Below are positions 30,064 through 55,000 of a DNA stretch of 64,000 nucleotides, piece by piece; the first letter of the stretch is position 1, and each line of letters begins with the position of its first letter. The position numbers and the translations under genes were made by a program. Origin of the DNA: Laetmonice hystrix (lineage: Eukaryota); NCBI GenBank assembly GCA_965235115.1, contig OZ249436.1, positions 32,490,001-32,554,000 on the forward strand, read 5' to 3'. The notes beneath the pieces were generated by a model, which ran no database searches, was not told the origin of the DNA, and saw only the letters and a list, made by a program, of their open reading frames with translations.

Positions 30064-31530
30064 AAACTAGACATGCAGATTGCAGGCAATCAGGTATCCC
30101 GTTCCTCTATGGATGTATCTAGAAAGGTTCGGTATAGCATGAAAGCAAGTCAATCATACCAATAATGAGCATAGGGTTACAAGAGAAAGACTGTGGAGAA
30201 GGTATATTCCAAATCTGCAGAAGATTCTCCAAAAAATGAGGGAGTAGATACATTTTGACCAGTAATGAGCATAGGGTACCGACAGACCACTTAGACACCT
30301 GTGTACACAAAAATTTCTTCAAAAGATATAAAAATGAATACCAAAAAAAGGGTTGACATAGGTGGGATTTAAAGGCAATACCCTTGTCATGAAATTCCCA
30401 CACATCTGTTCACACAATATTTTGTAGAGTGTTTCTGTAAATTCATGACCACAGTAATTCAGAACTAAGTAGAAAATATTAAAAAAAATATATATAAATC
30501 ATACCATGGGTAGGATTCGAATCCACGACCCTTGGCAAGAAAGTCCTACACTCTACCACAGCACCATCCGTGCACGCACACAAATAGTAGAGTCCTGCAA
30601 CAAATGAATGACCATTGGCATAGAAGTAAACAACGATGAATTACATCATACCAGGGAGACGCCATACCAGGCTTATAAAGGTCCCCTATTGTAAGACAGC
30701 TATTTACCAAGATTACCGGAGGTAGAACATATATAAATAAATGAAAAAATCTTTTGTCACAGGTGGGATTCGAACCCGAGACCTCTGGCATGAAGATCAT
30801 ACACTGGACCACTGAGCCATCCGGGCACACACTCAATTTGTTGAGTGTTGCTGTAAATGAATCACCATAGTGGTAGATAACTGTGTGTTACGTCATACCA
30901 TCGTTACGTCATAGCAGGCTTATAAAGGACGCCTAGTGGAAGAGAATTATGCCATTATCATTAGATATCAACGAAATTCCACGAACTTCCTCATTACATG
31001 CAAAATAGACAAAATTCAAAGTCACGTGACTCAGCGATATGACGTCATATTTTAAAAAAAGCTGCCATCAATCGATCCGCCCCACTATGACGAAGCTATA
31101 AATCAAATTTGGAGAAGATTCTGTAAAAAATGAAGGAGTAGATAGATTTTGACTGTTTTCTATGGCTTGACCTGTATGTCGGAAAGGTCAAAGGTCAAAT
31201 GTATGTGGTAAATGATAAAGGTACAAGTCCTAAACATGTGAGATGACATGAATAACTTTTGTCTATCTCTAACTGGAAGTGTACCACGTGATCTCAAAGT
31301 TGCCGAACATAATACGTCATAACATGACGTCATGACGTCATATGACATATTCCATCATATGTTGAGGTCTCCATGTCATGATGTAGCTAGCCTGAAAGTT
31401 TCATCCAGATATCTTGAAAACTGAGGGAGATATTCACCAGACCTTAAAACTACTACTACGACAATTTAGTGTACACCCAAACCGTACAATTTCAGGATCC
31501 CGTTCCTCAGTCGGAGGAACGGGATAATAA
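30064..31530. mobile_element. Non-autonomous Helentron/DINE-1-like (HINE) element
   Basis: One end has AACTAG, a short stem-loop GATTGC-AG-GCAATC and the subterminal repeat ATCCCGTTCCTC. The other end has ATCCCGTTCCTC-AGTCG-GAGGAACGGGAT-AATAA. It sits in an A/T run. This matches the recalled DINE-1 architecture. Confidence 0.7.
30757..30826 (-). pseudogene. tRNA-derived sequence (A and B boxes) inside the HINE; a more decayed copy lies at 30505..30572
   Basis: Minus strand GCCCGGATGGCTCAGTGGTCCAGTG...GGGTTCGAATCCCACCTGTGAC has A-box TGGCTCAGTGG and B-box GGTTCGAATCC. Acceptor and anticodon stems pair poorly, so it is not called a functional tRNA. Confidence 0.65.
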
Positions 31531-34500
31531 ATGCATCATTACAATATTATTCGACATCAGAAGGGAGGATTGTCAGGATTATTCATAGACATTTCGTTGT
31601 CGACGTTGAAACTACTATGTTCAGATACCTTTATTAAAGGCTTTAAAAAAAACACTGCTCTGCAGATTGATGGGGGGGATATCCCCCTCATGTCCCAATC
31701 ATGGGGGGGATAATCCGATAAATCCCCCCCCCCGTCCCCCTCCTCTGTATGAAACCCTGCTACCCCTATCTCTTAACTTAATTTACCACCAATTTCGTGG
31801 GAAACCGGAATGTTACCATATGGGGGAATAACCCAGGCAGATCTCATAACACTGCACACGTACCGTATTCCAGGCAGGGGAGCGTGTCCACAAACCCACC
31901 CTTACCTCCCCAACCCCACCTATTACATAATGACATGTGCCAGGGCAGCCGACTGGTGACTGACTGAGCGGACAGTGCATGATTTCATGGGGTTTGATTT
32001 CCCCAAGACCACTGTAGCTGTCCCTACCTACCGCCGCCCTGCCAGCCTCAGCAGCCACGGAGGAACAGCTAGCGAAGGACTAGCGTAACCTGAGCTCAAG
32101 GTGACAGGATGATGTAATTGCCAAGAGTCAGAACTGCAGGGCCCATCAAACCAGCCCATCAGATCAAAGATCAAAGGCCCCTGGAGGCTGGTAGGCTCCG
32201 GCGGCCCCTGGGGTAGTTACTCCAGGACCCTTAGCGCCCATGTTGACCAGTCATGCAAACACCCCTTTAGTTTTTTTTTTTTTAAATATTGATCCTTTTA
32301 TACTGGGCCTAGTTCAAGGCCCAGTATAAAGATTTCCAAGATAGTTACACAGTAAAACGTGCATACCTCTAATATTTTGCTGGGAACTCTCCCCATTTTG
32401 AAATCAGCTGCAGTTGCAAGGTTAATTTTTACAAGCCCCCCCCCCCCCCACCCCCCAAATATATCAACTTTCGCTCACAAGGTAGAATGCTATTGGTTTC
32501 TTCGAGTTCTTGGTCTATGCAGGGGCTGTGAGATCCCGGTGAGAGGGCCCGCCCCCAGGTGGGACTTATCTTTCAGGGGACTTAATTAATGAGTCTTAAG
32601 TAGGAGGACTACGTGTGCCAACTGTCATAATCATGATAATGGGCCATGTGCAGGCACGGCCCAGCCATAGTATGGCATTGATAGTTACTGCTAGGGCACT
32701 GTTGGTTGAGAGAGGGCCCTTCAGCTGTTAAAGGGGTATAATTTCAACACAACAGTAGAAACCCTACCGAACGTCAGCCCAGGCTTCCCACCTTACATGT
32801 GACCTGGGGTAAGGATCGAGGCCGTTTCGTGATTGCCAGCCTCTACAGGGTCCTGCCCACATGCCCCCAGCCTCCCAGAATCAGAGCAGCAACAACAGTG
32901 TTTGGTTGGGACACCCGCCCACTTACTCCCCTGCCACAGGGTACAGTTACGTACACATTTAACACAAGACTATCAGACCCAACTCCACGGTGCACATTTT
33001 AGTTGGAATGTTAGACGGTGATCCATGTTTCCTTCAATTGGACACGTATGGAGAGGGGAGATGGCCATGTTGAAACCATGCCTGCAGGCTCAACCTCCCC
33101 AGTTATGTGTAACAGGCGTGGCAGTCCCCAAAAAGGTAGGCTACAATATGTGAAGTCCTAATATGAGAGATGTATTTTAACCGTAACTGAATGAGAACAA
33201 CGGCTACAACACTTTTATATTGGAGATCTATGACGTACTGACAACGTCATTCCACTGGTGGCGGGTGGACGCAGCCTTTACCACACCATACACATGTACA
33301 TATTTCTATGTATTTGATCAGACATAAATAAGAAATGCGTATCTAGAGCTACTCAGATCGCAACTCTATGTCTAGGATACACGATGTATTTGTCTGTCCT
33401 AGTTTCTCCTTCCCCCATGATGGTGTATTTCCACGCCATCCTTTCCCGTTCCTAGACGAAGTGCATGATAGTGTATTACAGCCCGGCTTCACTACAAGTA
33501 CAAAAAATGGTACAAAGTTAGAAGACTGTACTCGTGGTCACGGAGAAAGAGCTCTAGAGACCTCATATTATATCATACAGCATAATGTTGGTTGGAAGAG
33601 ACGGGGCTTTCAAATTGTTTTTGAGTAGGTGGGGATTGTAGGCGGGGATTAGGCTAAAGTAGCAGGCACCACCAATCCATGCCACCAATTCCGTTAAAAG
33701 TAGCCATGAGAGGACTGCAAAAACTAATATTTGAGGTGTGATTTAGTTGTTTACAAAACCCCTAACCTGAGCCACTGCCTACTTTATTGCCAACCCCTTC
33801 AACAACATAATTATGTAGATTTTATCGGTTGTATCGATTGATACTGAAAAATTGGAAAAGGCCTTGGAAAATCTTAGTGTGTATCTTACGTGTATAGTCG
33901 TGATGAATCGTCACTACAAGGTCGTGTAAGGTCGTGAGAGTTGCTGATTCCGGGCAATTTTTTTTAAAGAAATCGTGGTCAATCGTAAAAATTTGAATTT
34001 GGGGCTATTCTTAGAGATTCTTACAAAGAATCGCACAGATGTGACAGGGGCATATTATTTAGTTAATGCTTTGGGAAGCCTCGTATGTGGTGCTATACGT
34101 TTCTAGTACTGGTAATTCAAGTATACTTAACTGTAATAACATGTAGTAGATGCTTAACTTTATGGAAGTCATAGTGCTCACCTGTCCAACCAGGTGACAG
34201 ATGGAATACCCAATCATTTTGACAGTATCAATGTAAAACTTGCTGGCGATAATTGTCATTACAGGAGCTCCCATAATGTTACGTAATTGTTCTCTGCCTA
34301 GCAACCGTCCATGGCAAACTACTTACAATACTACATTATAGTAGTACATATTCCTATTCTTTTCTATAAAGCATATTTTTTCAGCTTATTTATTTGAATT
34401 TGTTTTCTTTATTTAAGAGGTACCTCTTTGGTATTGATCTGGGCAAGAGATTTATTTGAGGATCTAAATCGGTTCATGTACCATGATCTACGAACAATGT

Positions 34501-34993
34501 ATGACATTTACAAAAGTCATCTGAAACTTAAGAATACATATATAGCCAAGATGTTGACTTTTAAAAGCCAGTGAAGGCCTACTAAAGTGACGGTTGCTAT
34601 CATGAGTGCTTCCATATTAGTGGGGACAGAACCGTTCTTTATGATCCAACTATAGAGAAGTGGGGCTGTTAAATCAGATCAACATGTGTCAGACTTTGTG
34701 CTTGTACTTTTGTAGTGCATGATCTGTCATTGTCAACGAAAGCATGCCTTACAGTCATCAGGTCTTGATACATGTATGGTAACATGTCTTGGGTTGTAGA
34801 AATGTCAAACCAGTGTTATCAGATTGTAGATTAACTTAGTATTGCCCACTTGTCAGAATTAAGAACAGACTTGTATTTATCACAAACAGTCCTCACTTGT
34901 CCATCACACCATATCTTGCACATTTATTTGTATCACAGTATGTCAGTAATATGTCACTTAGACATACAAGTGTACATACGAAATATACCACAG

Positions 34994-35155
34994 CAGTTGA
35001 GGGGGAGGGGGTGTTAACCCCCTAGACAGCCACTTTGTATTTTTTCTCTATTGACTTTCTGAATTGACCATGCTAGCAAATACTCCCCCTTAAGTTAACC
35101 CCCCCCCCCCCAAAAAAAAAAAAAAAAAAAAAAAAAAATCCTGGATCCGCCCCTG
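34994..35155. mobile_element. G-run/C-run MITE with 5-bp TSD CACAG
   Basis: CACAG|CAG... GGATCCGCCCCTG|CACAG; the left TIR is degraded. Confidence 0.6.
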
Positions 35156-37934
35156 CACAGAGGGGGCCATAAGGAAGTGATTATTGACCCGGCAGCCGGG
35201 CCCTCACTGGCCTCAGTAAAGATTGCTCACCCGGCAGCTCACCCGGTTGCAGTATCCGGAATTTGCGGTTGTTTGCCCGGCAGCCAGCTCCCCAGTGAAG
35301 AAATTGGTCCCTGCTTACCAGCCTGCCGGGTAACGGGGTATACAACCCGAACGCTCATTGTTGAGGCATGTGAGGCTAAAAATCTTCACTGGGGAGCCGA
35401 TTGGCCCGGTCCCGGGCGTACGCACGCGTTGACTTTCTTTTAGTAATAATTGATACAGGGTTTGGCATAGAGTGGAATGTCAAATATAAGGCCTAAATAT
35501 GAGTGTGATTCAACACTGCTAATGGAAACACCATCTTTGGAGGGTAGAAAACGTAAAGACAGTCGATAATTATTTTCAAGCGGAGTAGCTAGAGGACAGA
35601 AACAGCGATGCTGCCATGGTCCGGTCCCGACCACAGTAGAGCCACTAGAGGCACCCCGTAGGCTAGCAACTACTATTTCCTGGAATCTGAGAGCTAGGTT
35701 AGAAGTTTACTTTAGAAATGGAAATGGATTGAAAATCCTTCCTTCTTTGTTGATTTTTTGTTTGTTTGTGTTAGTTACAATTCTGTTACAATATTAAATT
35801 ATAAAACCTGATAATGACATTGACGAAATACATTTTCTCTACTCTGCTACTTAAAGAAGGGCCCGTATATAGCAAGCTCAATGAAGCATCCTGCACGCCC
35901 CCCTATGTATACCTAGGCATAGATAGTCCAAGCTCTCTCTAACTTCAGAAAGTTGAGTAAAATAGGCTACATTGTCTAGGAAATCCTAGCAGATTTTTAA
36001 ATCATGCCGGAGTTGGTATAACATGGGCGTAACGCGTCGGTCCCATTCAGGGGTGGAGCCGCATCCTCTGAATTTAAAGGTGGGGTAATTTAAAGGTGGG
36101 TAACAGTACGAGAATTATATCCCCCTAACATATACCTTGGATTTTGTTGACATGCTCATGCCAGGAAAACACGTAGATCTAGTTCGACTTGGCACATATT
36201 TCTAGGCATATTTCACACCGTACACGGGCTGCTGAGTGTCTAGTAACACGTATGGTATTTCTTCACTCAGGAACCGGCTGCCAAATAATATCGGCCTAAA
36301 CATAATCCGCAAGAACGTATACTGTATACCTCCGCGTTTTAAGTTATTGAAGCTAGTCCTTGCATTATTTATATTTCTTTTAAAAAGAAATTCTGTCAGA
36401 GAATGATAATAGTACAATAATTTATACGGTCATATCTACCTGTGTTATCACTAATTATAAAAGGTTAATTGGGTAAGCTGGTGCTGCACCTGTCATTGTT
36501 ACTGTAGCGCATTGTGGCCCGTTGTTCACACAGGTGAGTCTGTTGTACCGGTACATGTATATCAGGATGGTAGGTGTAGACAGGTAAATCTTGATGCAGA
36601 AACAGGTACAGGTGCAACAGATAGTGGGGTATCGGGGGGGGGGGGGGGGCACGGCCGTGTGCCACATCACAGCTCTCATACGTTGTCATCTCTGAAACGT
36701 GATCTGTAAGAGCTACACGCCCACACAGGAAAGGCACCAGTGGTCTGAGTTTAGTTGTAGAGCTCTGTGCAGAATTGCGGGGCCTTATTTAGTCCTGCGA
36801 TGTTTCCAGTGCGTGGAGCACATTTTGAATTCGGTCGCCAGATGAGTATAAACCCAAAGGTTGGTAAATGTGATCTCTGTAGTGATTCATGGTTGTCACT
36901 GTCAGAGACAGTTGGTTCAATCATGTATATTTCGATTACCATCAGCGTCTGATGTTGCCACAGCTAATGGAGCAAGATGTAAGGTATATATTCTGATTGC
37001 TAGTGAATTGCAGGTGCATGTTTTGCAGCTATCAATGTGATCTAGCAGTCGGTACAGTTGTATGATTTCAAGATATATGTATCGGTAATCCTTCCTAACT
37101 ACATATTTATCGATAACCAATATTTGGCCATATGGTTGGCCTGCTTGTAAACAAAAGCAGTAAGCCTCTAAGGCCTGTCCAGGCACACCTCCACAAGTAA
37201 TATCTATCAGCCATTGACTGAAAAATGTAATAATATGAATTCGTGGTGGTCGAGTTTATCAGACGCAAGGAGACAAAAGTGGATAGGTTATCTTACAAAC
37301 GTATATTAAAAAGTTGAGAGTGGTTCATGGCGGGGATTGATGTATTATGGTGGGGTACTCCACTGGAGGAGCCAATGGGGGGGGGGGGGCTAAGGGGTGT
37401 TGTGCCCCCTCCCCCTAAATTCTGGACGACTACTTTCTTTTATCATTCAATTACGATAATATTAATTTATCATATATTTTAGGCCTAGGCCTAATAATAT
37501 GTTTTTGCTCGATGGTTAGCCCCTCCCCCTAAAAAAATCTTGGATCCACCCACGTACCATGATTACTGTCTGTTACTGTCAGATCATTCAAGTTCCACAG
37601 ATCATCAAGACATCAAGATTTATTAGTGAATTTGTTGTTATTTAATCAAGGGAAGAGAAAGAATAAAGAGGTGTCGGTTTTACCTGATTATTACAGCATG
37701 AATCCACAATATTACATAAAATAAAGTGTTTGTTAGCATGTGCCCTTTTTTGTTGATGCTGAGCCTTTCTTTCTCAGCACTGTGGATTAATGGGCTCAGA
37801 ATGCCAGCTAGGGAACCTGTGCCTGTATCAGGGATGGATCATGGCACCTCCAGGTCCAAGAGACTTGCTGTAAAATGTAAAATATTCCTGAAGAAAATCA
37901 TGCACCATTTTACTGTGGACGTTAAAAGTGATAA

Positions 37935-49893
<11,959 letters not shown>

Positions 49894-52080
49894 CATTGCC
49901 ACAAACTGCTCACGAAAAGGTCCAAGTAGCAGCATCTTGTCTTAGCTTCATACCACGAAGTCAGTGGGTACAAATTGGGTGAGCTTGAACGCGCCGCCGC
50001 CATATAACCTAAAGACGTTCCCCCCCAAAAATTGTGCCTTTTTTACTAAAAGTTTGCTCAGCACGGCAAGAGAAGAAGCTGTGCGATGTACAAAAACACA
50101 CAGCTGAATTATGGTCATGACATTTCAAATTGATTACCTGTGATATTGACTTCTTATTTTCTTCTTAATGAGACTTTTTAGTTGTATCTATGTGTTCCCT
50201 CTGTAGACTAGATGTAAGTGAAGTGCCACTGTGGTGTCATGTTTCATGGTAAATGCTCAACAGTTCAAGTTCGGGTGGGCACACATTAATTTCATACGTC
50301 TTTTGAAGAACACCATTGTAAAATCAATCAATCAAGTTTGTCTGAGAGAAGAGTATCTTTACATAACGTTTGATCGGCCTTTAGTTAGTAACTGTCTTCA
50401 CATCTTATTGGGTTGTGTTTTCCGCACAGTTGCCACAATGAAAGAATATTTGTCAATGTTGTGTTGTGCATGCAGTATTATTCTGACAAAATATTCTACG
50501 TACCAGATGTAGAGAAGTGGATAAACTTCAATGTCATACGTTGACACATGGTGGCAGGATAGATGTTTCCCGGATATCGGAGAGTAATAATGGACCGTAA
50601 TCTTCCACTGATATGATTTAGTGTTGGATTATAGCAAAGATATAGATAACAACGTTTATTGGATCACAAGTTATCGCGGAGAACTGAATCAGGTGTATAA
50701 TTGCGGGGTTGTGATCATTAGATCGCTCGGTTAGGAGGGTATTCCTACTGTATATATTAATCAAATAAAGGACGGGCCATTACCAAAAGAGGTTTCGAGA
50801 AGTTCCGAGAGATGTTTCGCACTTTGAAGATTATAACTGAAACAGCTGATCAGTAAAAAGTAGTATAAATAATGAAAGGTCCATTACGTATGGATGCTCT
50901 TGGTGCCATGTTTTCTCATGAAATGAGTTAGAAAAGTTTACATGCAGCTAGAAAGATAAAGGTGACGAAAAGAAAATGGGTGCATCTCCTGCTGTGCTGC
51001 TTCCACCTTCTCCACGAGGTCGCAAGTCATATTATTCATAGAAGCGGTCCTAAAGGAGCCGCGAGGCTTTAGAGAATGCATGATACGATTATGAAACGAA
51101 ATGTATTCAATATATAACAGCAGGGTGGTTTTTGCAAGGAGTTGATGCAAATTTACGTTCAGTAGCGAAAGACAGTTTTCAGTGGACGGTGATTCTGAGA
51201 TGTCTGGTTTCTAGGTTATACTCGCAGAAAGGGAAGGGAGATGACGGTCGAACGTGTTGTGAAACGGTTCATACTGTACGTAAGAGTATTACAGGTGTAT
51301 ATAATGTTTGCAAAGTAATATGACCACAGTTTTGAAGTATCTATTGCAGAACTAAAAATGTTCATGTATTGAGACAAAGCGATGCAAAGTGCAACTGAAG
51401 TGACCTAGCAAGAGGACTGTATTTATATAAACCTTGTTTGGTACGTTTGTGTGGGTGCATTTGCACGAGCACCAGCACCGTATCATGACAGCGGCATCAT
51501 AAGTACGCAATAAACATGACAACTAGCGGTATTACGAATATCTTTATTGGGTACCTTCACATGGACATGTACAAACTCGAGTCAAGATCATCATCGAGTT
51601 TTGCAGACATTTTACATAATTATTTGAAAGTATGTGCGTATTTTGACCCATTAACTCGCCTTTTATTTGAGACGATGTTGTTTAATTCTGGCACGAACTT
51701 TTTCAAGATCAACTCCTATCGTGATTTTTTTTTTTTTCACAAATCATCAAAATGTACTGTAACCCTTCTTCCGTATTGCGTACTGGATTCTACGCGATAT
51801 TAGCACTGCGCCCTCCTAGTTTCTGGCCACAACTTCATTTCTTATTGAAATTTAATAATGATGCACTTATAAGATGCCGTAAATTGACATGGGCTGTGGG
51901 CGGAAGTTCAGTATAGCCAACTTGGAGAAAAAAATGTGGATTTTGTGGGTTAGATTTGGATAAATTAACAGTGCTTATGTTGTCATGGGTGAAATAAAAA
52001 TAAAACCCTTTGCCCAAAATTCCGTGAGATCCAGAGTAGGCCTATCACCCATGAGCCGTCACCCATGAGCCGTCAGGGTC

Positions 52081-55000
52081 TGTGGCGGCACGATTTGACC
52101 CAACGGCACGATTTGACCCCGGCACGATTTCACCCTGAAAATCGCTCAAAATCGGCACGATTTGACCCCGCGGCACGATTTGACCCCCTAAAACGGCACG
52201 TTTTGACCCCGCGGCACGTTTTGACTCTCCAAATCGGCACGTTTTGACCCCGCGGCACGATTTGACCCCCTAAATCGGCACGTTTTGACCCCACGGCACG
52301 ATTTGACCCCCTAAATCGGCACGTTTTGACCCCGCGGCACGATTTGACCCCCTAAAACGGCACGTTTTGACCCCGCGGCACCATTTGACCCCCTAAAACG
52401 GCACGTTTTGACGCTGCGGCACGATTTGACCCTCGAAATCGGCACAATTTGACCCTCGAAATCGGCACAATTTGACCCCGCGGCACGATTTGACACAGTT
52501 AAAACGGCACAATTTGACCCCGCGACACGATTTGACCCCCTGAAACAGCACGATTTGACCCTCAAATTCGGCAAGACACACTCCCCCTAAAGTCTTGTAA
52601 TTCTTGTAAAAGGAATTATTAGCGAGTTAAAAGGGGAGGAATGCGCAACAGTAAAGATATTGTTTTTCATATGTATTAATCTCCCTCCAGAAATGTCAAT
52701 TTTATTTATAACATGAAGAGAAAATTTGCAAAGCTGTGCATAATAATAAAGGGTTGATTCTCTTTTATTCTACAATTGTGCTAGATGGAGGCAATATGAG
52801 ACCATGGTTCACCCCGCAGTCTATGGTTAACTTTCCAAGTTAATTGTAAATAAACAAGCATACGTAACATTAAAATATAAAGGCGTACACTTAAGGCGTA
52901 AGACTAGTTCTCTTTACTGACCAAAAGGCCAAAAATGCCTGTTCGATACTGGCAGGCTCGGTCGCTGCGATCGCTATTACGTTTGGTCGTATAGAGGGCG
53001 CTGCGAACGTGGACACCCCCCCCCCCCCACCCACCCATGGGGTGTACATGTACATAAAGTAGCTCGGTCGGTGTATGAATACAGATGTGTGAAGAGGCGA
53101 AATCATGGGCGCGAGAATGTAGTCCATGAATTCGTAACACCGCGGCGTTTGAATGTGAATGTGTAGGCTACTCGGCACAAAAGGCAGGCCACTGCCGAAT
53201 AGGGGCGTGACTAAATACCGGAATCTACCGGAATCCCCCGGATTTGGACTCAGAATGCCCCAGAGTATCCCAGGAGCACATTGGAATCCGCCGGACTTTG
53301 CCGGATTTGACACAATTCGAGAAAAGGCAAAATGACTAAATACCGGAATCGCCCTGTATCTCTCTAATTTACCCCAAAATGTACCGGAATATCCCCCCCG
53401 GATTTGGGCTCAGAAGGGCCCAGAGTATCCCTGGAGCACATTGGAATCCGCCGGACTTTGCCGGATTTGACACAATTCGAGAAAAGGCAAAATGACTAAA
53501 TACCGGAAACCCCCATGTATCTCTCTAATTTACCCCAAAATGTACCGGAATCCCCCCGAATTTGGGCTCACAAGGGCGCAGAGTATCCCTGAAGCACATT
53601 GGAATCCGCCGGACTTTGCCGGATTTGACACAATTCGAGAAAAGGGCAAATGACTAAATACCGGAATCCCCCTGTATCGTTCTAATTTAGCCCAAAATGT
53701 ACCGGATATGGGCTCACAAGGGCCCAGAGTATCCCTGGAGCACATTGGAATCCGCCGGACTTTGCCGGACTTGACACAATCGCTATTATGTTTGGTCGTA
53801 TAGAGGGCGCTGCGAACGTGGACACCCCACCCACCCCTCCCATGGGGTGTACATGTACATGTATAAAGTAGCTCGGTCGGTATATGAATACAGATGTGTA
53901 AAGAGGCGAAATCATGGGCGCGAGAATGTAGTCCATGAATTCGTAACACCGGGGCGTTTGAATGCTACTCGGCACAAAAGGCAGGCCGCTGCCGAATAGG
54001 GGCGTGACTAAATACCGGAATCCCCCGGAATCCCTTGGAATTTACCGGAATGCCCCCGAATCTACCGGAATCCCCCGGAATCTACCGGAATCCCCCCGGA
54101 TTTGGACTCAGAAGGCCCCAAAGTATCCCTGGAGCACATTGGAATCCGCCGGACTTTGCCGGATTTGACACAATTCGAGAAAAGGGCAAATGACTAAATA
54201 CCGGAATCCCCTGTATCTCTCTAATTTACCATACCCAGGGCCCTTCTGAGCCCATATCCGGGGGGATTCCGGTACATTTTGGGGTAGATTAGAGAGATAC
54301 AGGGGGGTTTCCGGTATTTAGTCATTTTGCCTTTTCTCGAATTGTGTCAAATCCGGCAACGTTCGGCGGATTCCAATGTGCTCCAGGGATACCCTGGGCC
54401 CTTCTGAGCCCATATCCGGGGGGATTCCGGTTTGGATAAATTACAACGATACCGGGGGATTCCGGTATTTAGTCATTTGCCCTTTTCTCGAATTGTGTCA
54501 AATCCGGCAAAGTCCGGCGGATTCCAATGTGCTCCAGGGATACCCTGGGCCCTTCTTAGCCCATATCCGGGGGGATTCCGGTTTGGATAAATTAGAACGA
54601 TACCGGGGGATTCCGGTATTTAGTCATTTGCCCTTTTCTCGAATTGTGTCAAATCCGGCAAAGTCCGGCGGATTCCAATGTGCTCCAGGGATACTCTGCT
54701 CCCTTGTGAGCCCAAATCCGGGGGGATTCCGGTTTGGATGAATTAGAACGATACAGGGGGATTCCGGTATTTAGTCATTTGCCCTTTTCTCGAATTGTGT
54801 CAAATCCGGCAAAGTCCGGCGGATTCCAATGTGCTCCAGGGATACTCTGCTCCCTTGTGAGCCCAAATCCGGGGGGATTCCGGTACATTTTGGGATAAAT
54901 TAGAGACATACAGGGGGATACCGGTATTTCAGTCATTTTGCCTTTTCTCGAATTGTGTCAAATCCGGCAAAGTCCGGCGGATTCCAACGTGCTCCTGGGA

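Larger units (their letters stand above)
29839..31759. mobile_element. MITE with 5-bp TSD CTACC, interrupted by a nested insertion
   Basis: CTACC|CAGGGTTTCCGCCAGA ... TCTGTATGAAACCCTG|CTACC; G-runs near the left end and C-runs near the right end. Confidence 0.75.

Noticed and set aside
30505..30826. Two functional tRNA genes
   Set aside because: A/B boxes are present but the cloverleaf stems pair poorly, and both lie within a repeat.
31800..33130. GC-richer segment resembling a retroelement untranslated region
   Set aside because: No ORF, termini, poly-A tail or TSD support a call.
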